A stretch of 64,000 bases of DNA from Candidatus Gottesmanbacteria bacterium RIFCSPLOWO2_01_FULL_39_12b (GTDB taxonomy: Bacteria; Patescibacteriota; Microgenomatia; 2-02-FULL-39-11), in contig MFJR01000007.1 in NCBI GenBank assembly GCA_001780955.1, positions 75,053-139,052 of the forward strand. Reading direction: 5' to 3'. Positions 47,232 to 55,965 of this stretch are shown here, piece by piece. Under the pieces are notes generated by a model, which did no database searches, had not been told where the DNA came from, and saw only the letters and a list, made by a program, of their open reading frames with translations. Made by a program: the position numbers and the translations under genes. Every line of letters starts with the position of its first letter. The stretch's first letter is position 1.

Positions 47232-48205
47232 AAAAAATAGTTTCAGTTGTTATTCCAACCTATAACGAAGAGGAAAACATAGAATACGCGTATGGTGAAA
47301 TAAAGAAAATATTTCGTTTGTTACCGAAGTATGATTACGAAATTGTCTTTGTAGACAATTATAGTACTGATTATTCAAGAAAGATAATAAAAGAAATAGC
47401 AAAAAAAGACGGTAAAGTAACAGCACTTTTCATGTCAAGAAATTTTACCTCTGAATATTCCTCTCAAGCAGCAATGAAACAGGCAATAGGAGATGCGATA
47501 ACGGTTGTAGACTGTGATTTGCAGGATCCCCCAGAAGTAATCCCGCGGTTCATTGCTGAATGGGAAAAAGGATATCAGGTAATTATAGGAGTAAGAAACA
47601 AAATCAATGATACGTTTTTGATGAGCAAAGTTAGAAGACTATTTTATGTTTTTTTTAAAAAACTAGCCAATATCGATATGCCTCTAAATGCCGGAAGTTT
47701 TTGCCTTTTGGATCGAAAAGTGATGGATGTTATAAATAGTCTTCCAGAGAGAAATCGTTTCTTTCGAGGACTCCGAGCTTGGGTCGGGTTCCGAGTATCC
47801 AAAGTGTATTATGAGAGAAAAGCTCGTCACTTGGGTGAAAGTAAGAATAAATTTTCCGATTACATCAATGATTCAGAGAGAGGGTTGTTGGGATTTTCAT
47901 TTATTCCTTTGGATGTTATGACATCTTTGGGGCTTTTATTAGTATGTGCGTCATTTGTTTTTATAGTAGGATATTTGTTTATGGTCTTTGTCTATGGGAA
48001 TCCAGTAAATGCGTCTATTCCGATTTTAATCGCTATCGTCTTTTTTGGAGGTGTGCAAACGCTTGCTATCAGTATCGTTGGGAAATATATTCAAATTATT
48101 TTTGAAGAAGTGAAAGGGAGACCTACGTATATAATCGATGAGGTTATTAACGATCATCGTCAGAGTTTAACCTATAAGACTCCAAAATTGCTGTACCAAT
48201 CGTAG
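47228..48205 (+). CDS. Polyprenol-phosphate glycosyltransferase, GT2 with C-terminal TM helices (GtrB/ArnC-like), copy 3
   Basis: VSVVIPTYNEEENI...IVFVDNYSTDYS...SRNFTSEYSSQAAM...DCDLQDP and a C-terminal membrane anchor. Confidence 0.8.
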   Translation: MKKIVSVVIPTYNEEENIEYAYGEIKKIFRLLPKYDYEIVFVDNYSTDYSRKIIKEIAKKDGKVTALFMSRNFTSEYSSQAAMKQAIGDAITVVDCDLQDPPEVIPRFIAEWEKGYQVIIGVRNKINDTFLMSKVRRLFYVFFKKLANIDMPLNAGSFCLLDRKVMDVINSLPERNRFFRGLRAWVGFRVSKVYYERKARHLGESKNKFSDYINDSERGLLGFSFIPLDVMTSLGLLLVCASFVFIVGYLFMVFVYGNPVNASIPILIAIVFFGGVQTLAISIVGKYIQIIFEEVKGRPTYIIDEVINDHRQSLTYKTPKLLYQS

Positions 48206-49164
48206 ATCTGTTTTATAATACCGCATAATGTGAATTTCGGCTTCCAACCTAATTTTTTCTCTATCTTTGCATAGTCAAGAGATTGAAAAGGAATTTCATT
48301 CCGAGCAGTATTTAATATCTTATAGTCGATTTTTTTCTGTAGGGTTTTCTCAATAAGTGTTATTAAATTTAGAACCGATAAATTCTCACTTGACCCGAAA
48401 TTGAACGCTTCTCCTTTTACTTTCCCAATATTTTTAGCAAGTAGTAGATAGCCATGTATCACATCTTTTACATAAATATAATCTCGGATATAAGTGCCAT
48501 CACTCCGTATCTTAAGAGATTCTTTGGTTGCAAGAGATTTCATAATGCCCGGAATAACGCGGGAAAAATTCAGATCTCCTTCGCCGTAAACGTTTCCAAA
48601 GCGTGTTACCACAACTGGAAGTCCGTAGGTCTTGAAGTAAGAATAGCTGATAAGGTCAGCAGCAGATTTAGATACTTCGTAAGGGTGATCACCCCGTAGT
48701 GGAGTATCTTCAACATATTTCTTTTCCGTTTTTCCATAAGCTTTATCGGAAGAAGCGACTATAATACCTTTTACCTTTGGAAAAAGGCGAGCACTTTCTA
48801 ATACATTTGTAGTACCGAGAATATTTGTTTCAAGAGTTCTTTTCGGGTTAGCATAGGCTATATCGACAAGCGGTTGGGCAGCAAGATGGAAAATCAGGTC
48901 GATGTCAAACTTAGTTACTAGATCAAACACGCTCTCAAAATTACAGATGTCTATATATACCAACGTCGTTTGTTCATCCAAGTTTCGGGAATAAAAATAA
49001 GAGTGAGGATTTCTAGTCTGATAAGTACTTATTACGTGGGCTTTTTGTCTTATCAATTCCTCAATCAGGTGAGACCCGATAAATCCTGTTCCACCTGTGA
49101 CTAATATGTTTTTGTCGGTAAAGTTTATTTCCATATTTTCCAGGGCGCGTTTCCTTTTTTCCAA
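48172..49164 (-). CDS. RfbG-like NDP-sugar 4,6-dehydratase (extended SDR). Likely the CDP-glucose 4,6-dehydratase partner of the adjacent cytidylyltransferase
   Basis: ILVTGGTGFIGSHL, HLAAQPLVDIAYANPKRTLETNILGT, SSDKAYG, YEVSKSAADL. Directly downstream of ddhA in the same operon. Confidence 0.7.
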   Translation of the reverse strand: MEKRKRALENMEINFTDKNILVTGGTGFIGSHLIEELIRQKAHVISTYQTRNPHSYFYSRNLDEQTTLVYIDICNFESVFDLVTKFDIDLIFHLAAQPLVDIAYANPKRTLETNILGTTNVLESARLFPKVKGIIVASSDKAYGKTEKKYVEDTPLRGDHPYEVSKSAADLISYSYFKTYGLPVVVTRFGNVYGEGDLNFSRVIPGIMKSLATKESLKIRSDGTYIRDYIYVKDVIHGYLLLAKNIGKVKGEAFNFGSSENLSVLNLITLIEKTLQKKIDYKILNTARNEIPFQSLDYAKIEKKLGWKPKFTLCGIIKQIYDWYSNFGVL

Positions 49165-49904
49165 ATATTATTTAATTCTTCATACTCTTTATTAGTATCG
49201 ACTGCAAACCAAAACCCTTCATGTTTATATAGGGATAACTGATTTATGTTCGCTAATCTTTTTAAAGCTGCATGTTCCAACTCTCCTGGTTTCTGATAAT
49301 CGAAATATCTTTTATCAAACATCATAAATCCTCCATTAACCCAGTCTTTAAGAACTGGTTTTTCGGAAAATTGAGTGACAAGATTGTCGTTATTTGTTTT
49401 AACCGCACCGAATTTAAATTTGGGATGAATACCGGTTATGGTTCCAATAGTTTTCTGTTGGTAGTGAAATTTTACTAGCTCTCCTATATTCACATTTGCT
49501 ACTCCATCACCATAGGTAACCATAAACGACTTATCAGTTTCTGGTAGGTATTTTTGGCACCTGAGTATGCGTTCTCCAGGAAGTGTTTCCAATCCCGTGT
49601 CTACAAAAGTTATCTTGAAGTTATCACGTTTTTCAAAATCATTTAAATAATATTTTGCCTTATGATTTATAGTATTGAGGGTGAAATCAGAGGTAAATGC
49701 TTTTTGATTCAGAAAAAAATCCTTAATGTAGTTAGCTTTATATCCCAAGGCTAAGATAAATTCATTATATCCATAACTGGCATATATCTTCATGATATGC
49801 CATACAATCGGTTGATCACCGATATAAACCATCGGTTTAGGTTTGAATTCCGTTTCTTCTTTCAGCCTGGTACCGATGCCCCCGCAAAGAATTATTGTTT
49901 TCAC
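49125..49904 (-). CDS. ddhA: Glucose-1-phosphate cytidylyltransferase (RfbF/DdhA)
   Basis: MKTIILCGGIGTRLKEETEFKPKPMVYIGDQPIVWHIMKIYASYGYNEFILALGYKANYIKDFF is near-collinear with RfbF (MKAVILAGGLGTRLSEET..KPKPMVEIGGKPILWHIMK.Y). Confidence 0.85.
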   Translation of the reverse strand: MKTIILCGGIGTRLKEETEFKPKPMVYIGDQPIVWHIMKIYASYGYNEFILALGYKANYIKDFFLNQKAFTSDFTLNTINHKAKYYLNDFEKRDNFKITFVDTGLETLPGERILRCQKYLPETDKSFMVTYGDGVANVNIGELVKFHYQQKTIGTITGIHPKFKFGAVKTNNDNLVTQFSEKPVLKDWVNGGFMMFDKRYFDYQKPGELEHAALKRLANINQLSLYKHEGFWFAVDTNKEYEELNNIWKKGNAPWKIWK

Positions 49905-49984
49905 AATTGATAGTATACAGAATATTTCTCTTATTTACCAACTCAAGGTTGGAGTATAGTCGAGTCTCAGTTTTCGGATACTGA

Positions 49985-50914
49985 TCAGCCGTGATTTTTT
50001 CTCCAAAATTCCATGATGTTTTCCAAAGATTGAGTGATCGAGTATTTGGGTTCAAATCCGAGTAAATTTAATCTTTTGGGATCTCCTACCAGATAATTGT
50101 CATCGTAAGCCCGGTATCTTGATTTATCATATCTAACCGGGATTTTAACTTTTGCCATTTTTATCATGATCGCAAGTACTTCTTTAAGTTGTCTTCCACG
50201 GCCTGAGCAAATATTATAAACATCATAGCTGTTGCCGTTTTTTGAGATAATATTTAATGCATTTACAAAATCCCGAATATCAATAAAATCCCTGAAAGAT
50301 GTCAGATTGCCTACAGGTAAATATTTTTCCAGTCCCCTTTCTATGGTCACTATTCTGGAGGCAAAATCTGATACAGCATCTCCATTCTTGCCGGGACCAA
50401 TAATGGCAAATGGCCGTAAGTGGTAGGCTGGTAATAAATAAAGCCTTTTATAAATCGATACTAGATGGCCTTGAGCTACTTTACTGACGCCATAAGGATT
50501 GGACGGGTAAAGAGCTGAATCTTCCGAAAACGACTTGTTTGTCAAGGAGTTTTTTCCGTACTCTGAACTAGATCCAAAGGAAAATAGCTTAATTTTTCTT
50601 TTTGAGATGCGGATCGCTTCCAATAAATTTAAGGTCCCATTTACATTGATTTGCATTGTTTCCTGAGGGTGAATTATGGAGTAAGGGATATTACTTTGGG
50701 AAGAAAGATGATAAATACTGCCAGGTGAGACTTCTTGGATGATATTATTTACTAATTTTGAATCTGTTATATCGCTTTGATACTGGACTATTTTTTTTGG
50801 TAAAGAATTATTTTTTTTTCTCGATAAACCAAACACTTCATGTCCTTTTTTCATTAAGTCGTAAGACAGCCAGTATCCTACAAATCCACTAATTCCGGTA
50901 ATTAAGATTTTCAT
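49985..50914 (-). CDS. NAD-dependent NDP-sugar epimerase/dehydratase (extended SDR)
   Basis: ILITGISGFVGYWLSYDL, YGVSKVAQG. Contains A9/A8 homopolymer tracts at 50791-50819. Confidence 0.75.
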   Translation of the reverse strand: MKILITGISGFVGYWLSYDLMKKGHEVFGLSRKKNNSLPKKIVQYQSDITDSKLVNNIIQEVSPGSIYHLSSQSNIPYSIIHPQETMQINVNGTLNLLEAIRISKRKIKLFSFGSSSEYGKNSLTNKSFSEDSALYPSNPYGVSKVAQGHLVSIYKRLYLLPAYHLRPFAIIGPGKNGDAVSDFASRIVTIERGLEKYLPVGNLTSFRDFIDIRDFVNALNIISKNGNSYDVYNICSGRGRQLKEVLAIMIKMAKVKIPVRYDKSRYRAYDDNYLVGDPKRLNLLGFEPKYSITQSLENIMEFWRKNHG

Positions 50915-51921
50915 TTAGTCAAAAATTCAGTACGATTGGTCTTGGATGACTTATAAATTTTATTTACCACTTCCATCGCATACAATCCGTCTTGTCCGTT
51001 ACCAGTTGGTTCGCGTCGACTGGAAATAGAATTTTTAAATTCATTCCATTCACTTTTCCAGGAGATATCTTCTTGTCTATACTCGATTGTCTTATGATTA
51101 AACGGTGAGGCTGGAGTGTTTAACCCGAAAATGAGTTTTTCTGTGCCATAGCTTCCTCCCAAGCCAGAAACGTTAAGATATCCTTTCTCACCATAAATTT
51201 CAAAGTCAAACAGATTTTTCCATTGGGTTAAACTCGAATGGATACTTATACATGCACCTGAACTCGTTTCGAGAATAGCGAAAGCATTATCCTCAAGCGG
51301 TTGTATAGGCCAATAATTGGTTTTTACAAAACCTGTTACTTTATGAAACTTACCGAGAAACCAATGAAATAAGTCTATTAAATGTATACCTTGTTCCATC
51401 AGCTGTCCTCCTCCTACAATTTTTCGATTCGAGCGCCATTCCTTTTTCAGTCCGATTCTACCCTGGATGCCGTAACGGCCCCTTCCAAATAAAGGTCTAC
51501 CGATTAAGCCTTTGGAAAAAATTTTGTAGGCTTCACAAACGGCCGGATGATAACGATGATTAAATCCGCATTTCAGAATTCGTTTTGTAGAATCGGCGGT
51601 ATTTACCATCAACTTGGCTTGATTTAGATCACGGGCCAAAGGTTTTTCACATAAAACATCCTTTTCTGATTGCATTGCCGCAATCGATATCTGCGCGTGC
51701 GAATCCGGATAGGTTAACACAAGGACTGCATGGGTCTCTCTATCTCTGATAGCCACCTTCCAGTCGGTATCCCACTTCGCGTTATAAAGACTTGCGAGTA
51801 ATTGTGCTTTGTGAGATTGTCTATCTATTACCCAGGATATCTTATAATGTTTATCATCTAGTATAGGAGGTAAACGACGCATTGCCTGTCGTCCGGCACC
51901 GATTACCGCAATTTTTTTCAT
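50911..51921 (-). CDS. Gfo/Idh/MocA-family NAD(P)-dependent oxidoreductase
   Basis: KIAVIGAGRQAMRRLPPIL and the CEKPLA (EKP) motif. Confidence 0.8.
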   Translation of the reverse strand: MKKIAVIGAGRQAMRRLPPILDDKHYKISWVIDRQSHKAQLLASLYNAKWDTDWKVAIRDRETHAVLVLTYPDSHAQISIAAMQSEKDVLCEKPLARDLNQAKLMVNTADSTKRILKCGFNHRYHPAVCEAYKIFSKGLIGRPLFGRGRYGIQGRIGLKKEWRSNRKIVGGGQLMEQGIHLIDLFHWFLGKFHKVTGFVKTNYWPIQPLEDNAFAILETSSGACISIHSSLTQWKNLFDFEIYGEKGYLNVSGLGGSYGTEKLIFGLNTPASPFNHKTIEYRQEDISWKSEWNEFKNSISSRREPTGNGQDGLYAMEVVNKIYKSSKTNRTEFLTK

Positions 51922-51941
51922 ATTATTTAGTCATTCTTGAA

Positions 51942-53291
51942 TTAATAATTGTTATTATAACCTGAAGATCCCGATTTAATAAATTTATTTAAATTTACCG
52001 GTTTTCCGTTTAGTTGACCGGCTGTTTTCAAAGATCGGGAAACTACAGAGTCGACATTTATATATTCAAAATAACTGAATCTTCCAACCAGATGTATTCC
52101 TTGTTTGGGAAACCATTCCCTTATTATTTTTGTGTTTTCCCGGTAGTGAACATCATAAACGACGTAAGCGTAAGGAATTCTTATTATTTTTTTATAGACA
52201 ATATCTTTCTCGTTTGAAATAAAACCTCTTTTTATCAACCCATCTTGAACGTGTTCTAAGATTTGGTTATCATTTTTTTTCCAGGTTTCCGAATTTTTCT
52301 TACAGGTGATATCCGCCTGGATGCTGTAATAATCTTTCGGGCTGTTATAAGGAGAAAGTGTTTTAGGGAAACAAATTCTATTTACCAAGAATTCTTTCTC
52401 GGGAAAATAAACGGCAGTAAACTGATTTTTATCAATACCATGTAGTCCAAAGTAGACAGCAAACATCGGATTAACTATAAGTTTTTTTACGGCTGTTTTG
52501 ACTTTTTGAGGGATTTCTATATCAATAATTTTTATAAGCTCTTGGATAGGAATGGTTGATATGATTTGGTTAAAGCAATAACTTTTATATCCGTTTGAAA
52601 CTCCGAAATTATTTCCATTTTTAGAAATTTTTTTTACTTTAAAGTTGTATTCTACGGGTAATTTTGAGGCCCAAACATCAGAAAGTGTCTGGTACCCTCC
52701 TTTTAATGGATAGTGATAGTATAACTGATGAGTATAGCCTTCCGTTTCAAATCCCAACGAGGATTTTATAATATCTTCAGCCGGAGGCCTGGGAATTCTT
52801 TCAGCCCATATCATTGATAATTTATCTACTGGTATATTCCAAACCTTTTCATTGTAAGGAAAAAGGTATTTCTCACAGATTCCTTTACCGAAGTGGAAAA
52901 GAAGCCATTGTTTAAGGTTTTTAATTCTTTTTATTTTCTTTTTATAAGGATTGAATAAATAACTTTTGAGGCATTGATAGTTATCTTCTAAAGGTAATGA
53001 TTTAAGATCGTTTTCGAAGGGATATTTTATGAGTCTTCCAGAATACCAGATTTTATTTTTTCTTTTGCATCGGTGGACATTTTTACCTAAACAGGATATC
53101 ATGAAATCAAGAATTTCTTTATTTTTAGAAAACATAATATGTGGACCATAATCAAAGGTGAACCCCTTATCCTTAAAAGATCCGGCATGACCACCGGGAT
53201 GATTATTCTTTTCCAATATCAAGTTTTCTGCCTTTAAAAAAAGACCCATGGTTAACCCCGAGGGTCCGGCACCTATTATTCCGTATTTCAT
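51942..53291 (-). CDS. FAD-dependent oxidoreductase (UDP-galactopyranose-mutase / amine-oxidase-like)
   Basis: MKYGIIGAGPSGLTMGLFL (dinucleotide-binding motif). C-terminal VGRFSYFEYINVD. Confidence 0.65.
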   Translation of the reverse strand: MKYGIIGAGPSGLTMGLFLKAENLILEKNNHPGGHAGSFKDKGFTFDYGPHIMFSKNKEILDFMISCLGKNVHRCKRKNKIWYSGRLIKYPFENDLKSLPLEDNYQCLKSYLFNPYKKKIKRIKNLKQWLLFHFGKGICEKYLFPYNEKVWNIPVDKLSMIWAERIPRPPAEDIIKSSLGFETEGYTHQLYYHYPLKGGYQTLSDVWASKLPVEYNFKVKKISKNGNNFGVSNGYKSYCFNQIISTIPIQELIKIIDIEIPQKVKTAVKKLIVNPMFAVYFGLHGIDKNQFTAVYFPEKEFLVNRICFPKTLSPYNSPKDYYSIQADITCKKNSETWKKNDNQILEHVQDGLIKRGFISNEKDIVYKKIIRIPYAYVVYDVHYRENTKIIREWFPKQGIHLVGRFSYFEYINVDSVVSRSLKTAGQLNGKPVNLNKFIKSGSSGYNNNY

Positions 53292-54232
53292 TTTTCTTTC
53301 CCCAATAAAACCCTAACAGTCTTGAGTACTACCCCACGTGAAGAATAATGTTCTCGCCAGCCTAATTTTTTTAATCTTGAATTATCGATTCTCACTTTGG
53401 CAATATCACCTTTCCAGCCAATTTTCCCCCCGCGGTAAAAAATATTTACTTTTTTAAGATTCATCTCTCTTATAATTATTTTTGCGATCTCATTGACTGT
53501 GATGAAGGTATCTGATGATAGGTTGAAAATATTTATATCCCTCTTAGCTTTTTCAAGTATTAGAAACATTGCTTCAATTACATCTGAGACGTAGATATAT
53601 GACTTGCTTTGCCTGCCGTCCCCTAAAATCTCAAGATTAGCGGAATTCTGTCTTAGTTTCATGATAAAATCGAATAGGACTCCGTGAGTTAGGTTGGGCC
53701 CGATAATATTGGCGGGTCTGATTATCCATGCTTGCATATCAAACAGCTTTACAAATGCAGAAATCATGCTTTCAGCCGAAAGCTTGGTCGCTCCGTACAT
53801 TGAGACCGGAAGAAGCGGACCGAGATCTTCAGAGGCAAATTTATCCCCGATATCTCCATAGACGCCGCTGCCCGAGGTATAAAATATTTTTTTTATTCCT
53901 TTTGCTTTCATTTCACAGAGAATGTTAAAAGTGGCCAGAATTGTATTTTGGAAATCGATTTCAGGGCTTTTTGCGCTTTTGGCAATATCCGAGTTTGCCG
54001 CTAAATGAAAAACCAAGTCGATATTCGAAGATAAATTTTCTTGAAGTTGTTTTTTATTAATTAAATCAATCTTTATAAACTTAAATCGGGGGTTTGAAAT
54101 ATATTGGGACAGAAACGATTCTGTTTTCATACTCAAGTTATCAAATACCGATACCCGATGGCCTTTCTGCAAAAGAGAAGCTGTAAGATTGGAACCGATA
54201 AAACCAGCTCCACCGGTAATTAGGATATTCAT
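53288..54232 (-). CDS. NAD-dependent NDP-sugar epimerase/dehydratase
   Basis: MNILITGGAGFIGSNL, YGATKLSAE. Confidence 0.75.
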   Translation of the reverse strand: MNILITGGAGFIGSNLTASLLQKGHRVSVFDNLSMKTESFLSQYISNPRFKFIKIDLINKKQLQENLSSNIDLVFHLAANSDIAKSAKSPEIDFQNTILATFNILCEMKAKGIKKIFYTSGSGVYGDIGDKFASEDLGPLLPVSMYGATKLSAESMISAFVKLFDMQAWIIRPANIIGPNLTHGVLFDFIMKLRQNSANLEILGDGRQSKSYIYVSDVIEAMFLILEKAKRDINIFNLSSDTFITVNEIAKIIIREMNLKKVNIFYRGGKIGWKGDIAKVRIDNSRLKKLGWREHYSSRGVVLKTVRVLLGKEK

Positions 54233-54235
54233 ATG

Positions 54236-55126
54236 TTATTTAGTGGCTATAATAACTAAATTTCCAGGATATATTTTAATTTTTAAATTATCTAGTTTAA
54301 AAAATTTTAATAATTTAACAGTTAAATGTTTAATATTATTCGGGATAGGCATAAGATGTATCCAGTAAGCCAATTTATGAATGTTTAAAGCGCTTTCGAC
54401 CTTTAATACTTTAAAATTATGCTTCTCAAAAATTTTTTTAATTGTTATATGACTGTAAAGATAGGTATGTTCGATATCAATTATCGGGCTTTTTTCTCCC
54501 AAGATTTTTGCAAATAACGATTCTACATCATGGTTAAGAAAAAGCATATACCCGCCTCTTTTTAAGATTTTGTAGCATTCTTTAATAATCTTGTTTGGAT
54601 CCGGGATGTGGTCTAGGGTTTGAAAACAGCAAATAACATCAAAAAAATTCTTATGAAAAAGGCTAGGTTTAAAGATGCCTTCTTTTATATATGTCTTTAG
54701 GTTATGATTAGCTTTTGCAACGGATTTTTTTCCTGGCTCTACACCATAAACTTGCCCATAATTTTGTTTTAGGGCTTCTTCTAGAAAAAAGCCGTTACCA
54801 CATCCTATTTCCAGCAATCTTTCTTTCGAAACTCTATATTTGTCAAGTTGTTTCAAATAATATCCGTAAGTTTCTCTAAGGTTTTCTATTTGTTCATCGT
54901 AGGAGACAAAACTTTTCTGATAAAGGGAGGCGATTTTACCGTATTCAATTACGGGATTTGAATATATCAGTTTACAATTATTACATTGGACGATCCGGTA
55001 ATGAATTCTATCCGGCAGTCTTCTGGCTGAAAATATTTTTTCGTTAATTTTTTTTAGGTCAAAATTTTCTTTGTAGACGACTCGATAGTCACTTTTGTTA
55101 CAGATTGCGCAATTCTGATATATCAT
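54236..55126 (-). CDS. Class I SAM methyltransferase with an N-terminal zinc-ribbon (C-x2-C...C-x2-C)
   Basis: CAICNKSDY...CNNCKLIYS, then LLEIGCGNGFFLEEAL...GVEPG. Confidence 0.7.
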   Translation of the reverse strand: MIYQNCAICNKSDYRVVYKENFDLKKINEKIFSARRLPDRIHYRIVQCNNCKLIYSNPVIEYGKIASLYQKSFVSYDEQIENLRETYGYYLKQLDKYRVSKERLLEIGCGNGFFLEEALKQNYGQVYGVEPGKKSVAKANHNLKTYIKEGIFKPSLFHKNFFDVICCFQTLDHIPDPNKIIKECYKILKRGGYMLFLNHDVESLFAKILGEKSPIIDIEHTYLYSHITIKKIFEKHNFKVLKVESALNIHKLAYWIHLMPIPNNIKHLTVKLLKFFKLDNLKIKIYPGNLVIIATK

Positions 55127-55169
55127 TTTGTCTATATTTGGATTAATCTATTTTTACATAGTATAATGT
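55127..55169. promoter_or_regulatory. Divergent promoter region (methyltransferase operon on -, split transketolase operon on +)
   Basis: 43 bp AT-rich spacer. TTGGAT...TATAAT-like elements. The TATAAT sits only 2 nt from the ATG, so its role is unclear. Confidence 0.25.
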
Positions 55170-55958
55170 ATGCGTCAATTTTCCTTATTTATGCTACAGA
55201 GACAACTAAGGTTAAAAATACTCAAGATTGCGAACCTATCCAAATCCAGTCATTGTCATATAGGATCTTGTTTATCTTGTATTGATATTTTAATCCAAAC
55301 ATTAATTTATGAGATGGGGGAACGGGATAAATTTGTTCTTTCTAAAGGACATGCCTCTCTTGCTTTATACGTCGTTTTAAATTATTTGGGAAAAATTTCA
55401 GATAAAACCCTATCAACATATTTTCAAAACAATACTAAACTAGGAATTCACACACCTTCTACTTTACAAAGAGATATCCCGTTAGGTACTGGAAGTTTAG
55501 GCCACGGACTTTCTTTTTCTTGTGGTCTAGCCTTAGGTAATCTTATGGCAAATAAACAAAATCCTAGGAACGTTTATTGCTTAATTTCTGATGGGGAATG
55601 TAACGAAGGGGCAATTTGGGAAGCAGCACTCTTTGCCACCGCGCACAAATTATATAATCTAATAATCATAGTTGATAAAAACGGGTTACAGGCGTTTGGT
55701 AAAACTAAGGATATTTTAGGCGACGGAGCGGCAATTGAGAAATGGAAGTCATTCGGGTTCAATACTTATGAGTGCGACGGTCATAATTTAAATGAGTTAA
55801 AACGGGTTTTTAACGAAATAAAAATAAATGTCGGTTCCAGACCGAATATTGTCATCTGTAAAACAGTAAGAGGAAAAGGGTTAAAAGTTATTGAGAATAA
55901 AGTAGTATCAAATTACGTATCTGTTGATGAGAAATTATTGAATTCTATTTATTTATGA
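55170..55958 (+). CDS. Transketolase, N-terminal (ThDP-binding) subunit
   Basis: SKGHASLALYVVLNYLG, GTGSLGHGLSFSCGLALG, CLISDGECNEGAIWEAALFA. Confidence 0.85.
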   Translation: MRQFSLFMLQRQLRLKILKIANLSKSSHCHIGSCLSCIDILIQTLIYEMGERDKFVLSKGHASLALYVVLNYLGKISDKTLSTYFQNNTKLGIHTPSTLQRDIPLGTGSLGHGLSFSCGLALGNLMANKQNPRNVYCLISDGECNEGAIWEAALFATAHKLYNLIIIVDKNGLQAFGKTKDILGDGAAIEKWKSFGFNTYECDGHNLNELKRVFNEIKINVGSRPNIVICKTVRGKGLKVIENKVVSNYVSVDEKLLNSIYL

Positions 55959-55965
55959 TTAAAGA

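Noticed and set aside
49905-49984. Short CCAAC...GTTGG inverted repeat between ddhA and the upstream epimerase gene as an intrinsic terminator
   Set aside because: The stem is 5 bp with no U-tract on the transcribed (minus) strand. That is too weak to call.
55161-55167. TATAAT hexamer directly upstream of the transketolase start as a sigma-70 -10 box
   Set aside because: It ends only 2 nt before the ATG. A transcript starting 6-8 nt downstream would begin inside the CDS. It is kept only as part of a generic divergent promoter region.
55574-55762. 62-aa minus-strand ORF inside the transketolase N-subunit
   Set aside because: Embedded antisense to a strongly supported ThDP-binding domain.
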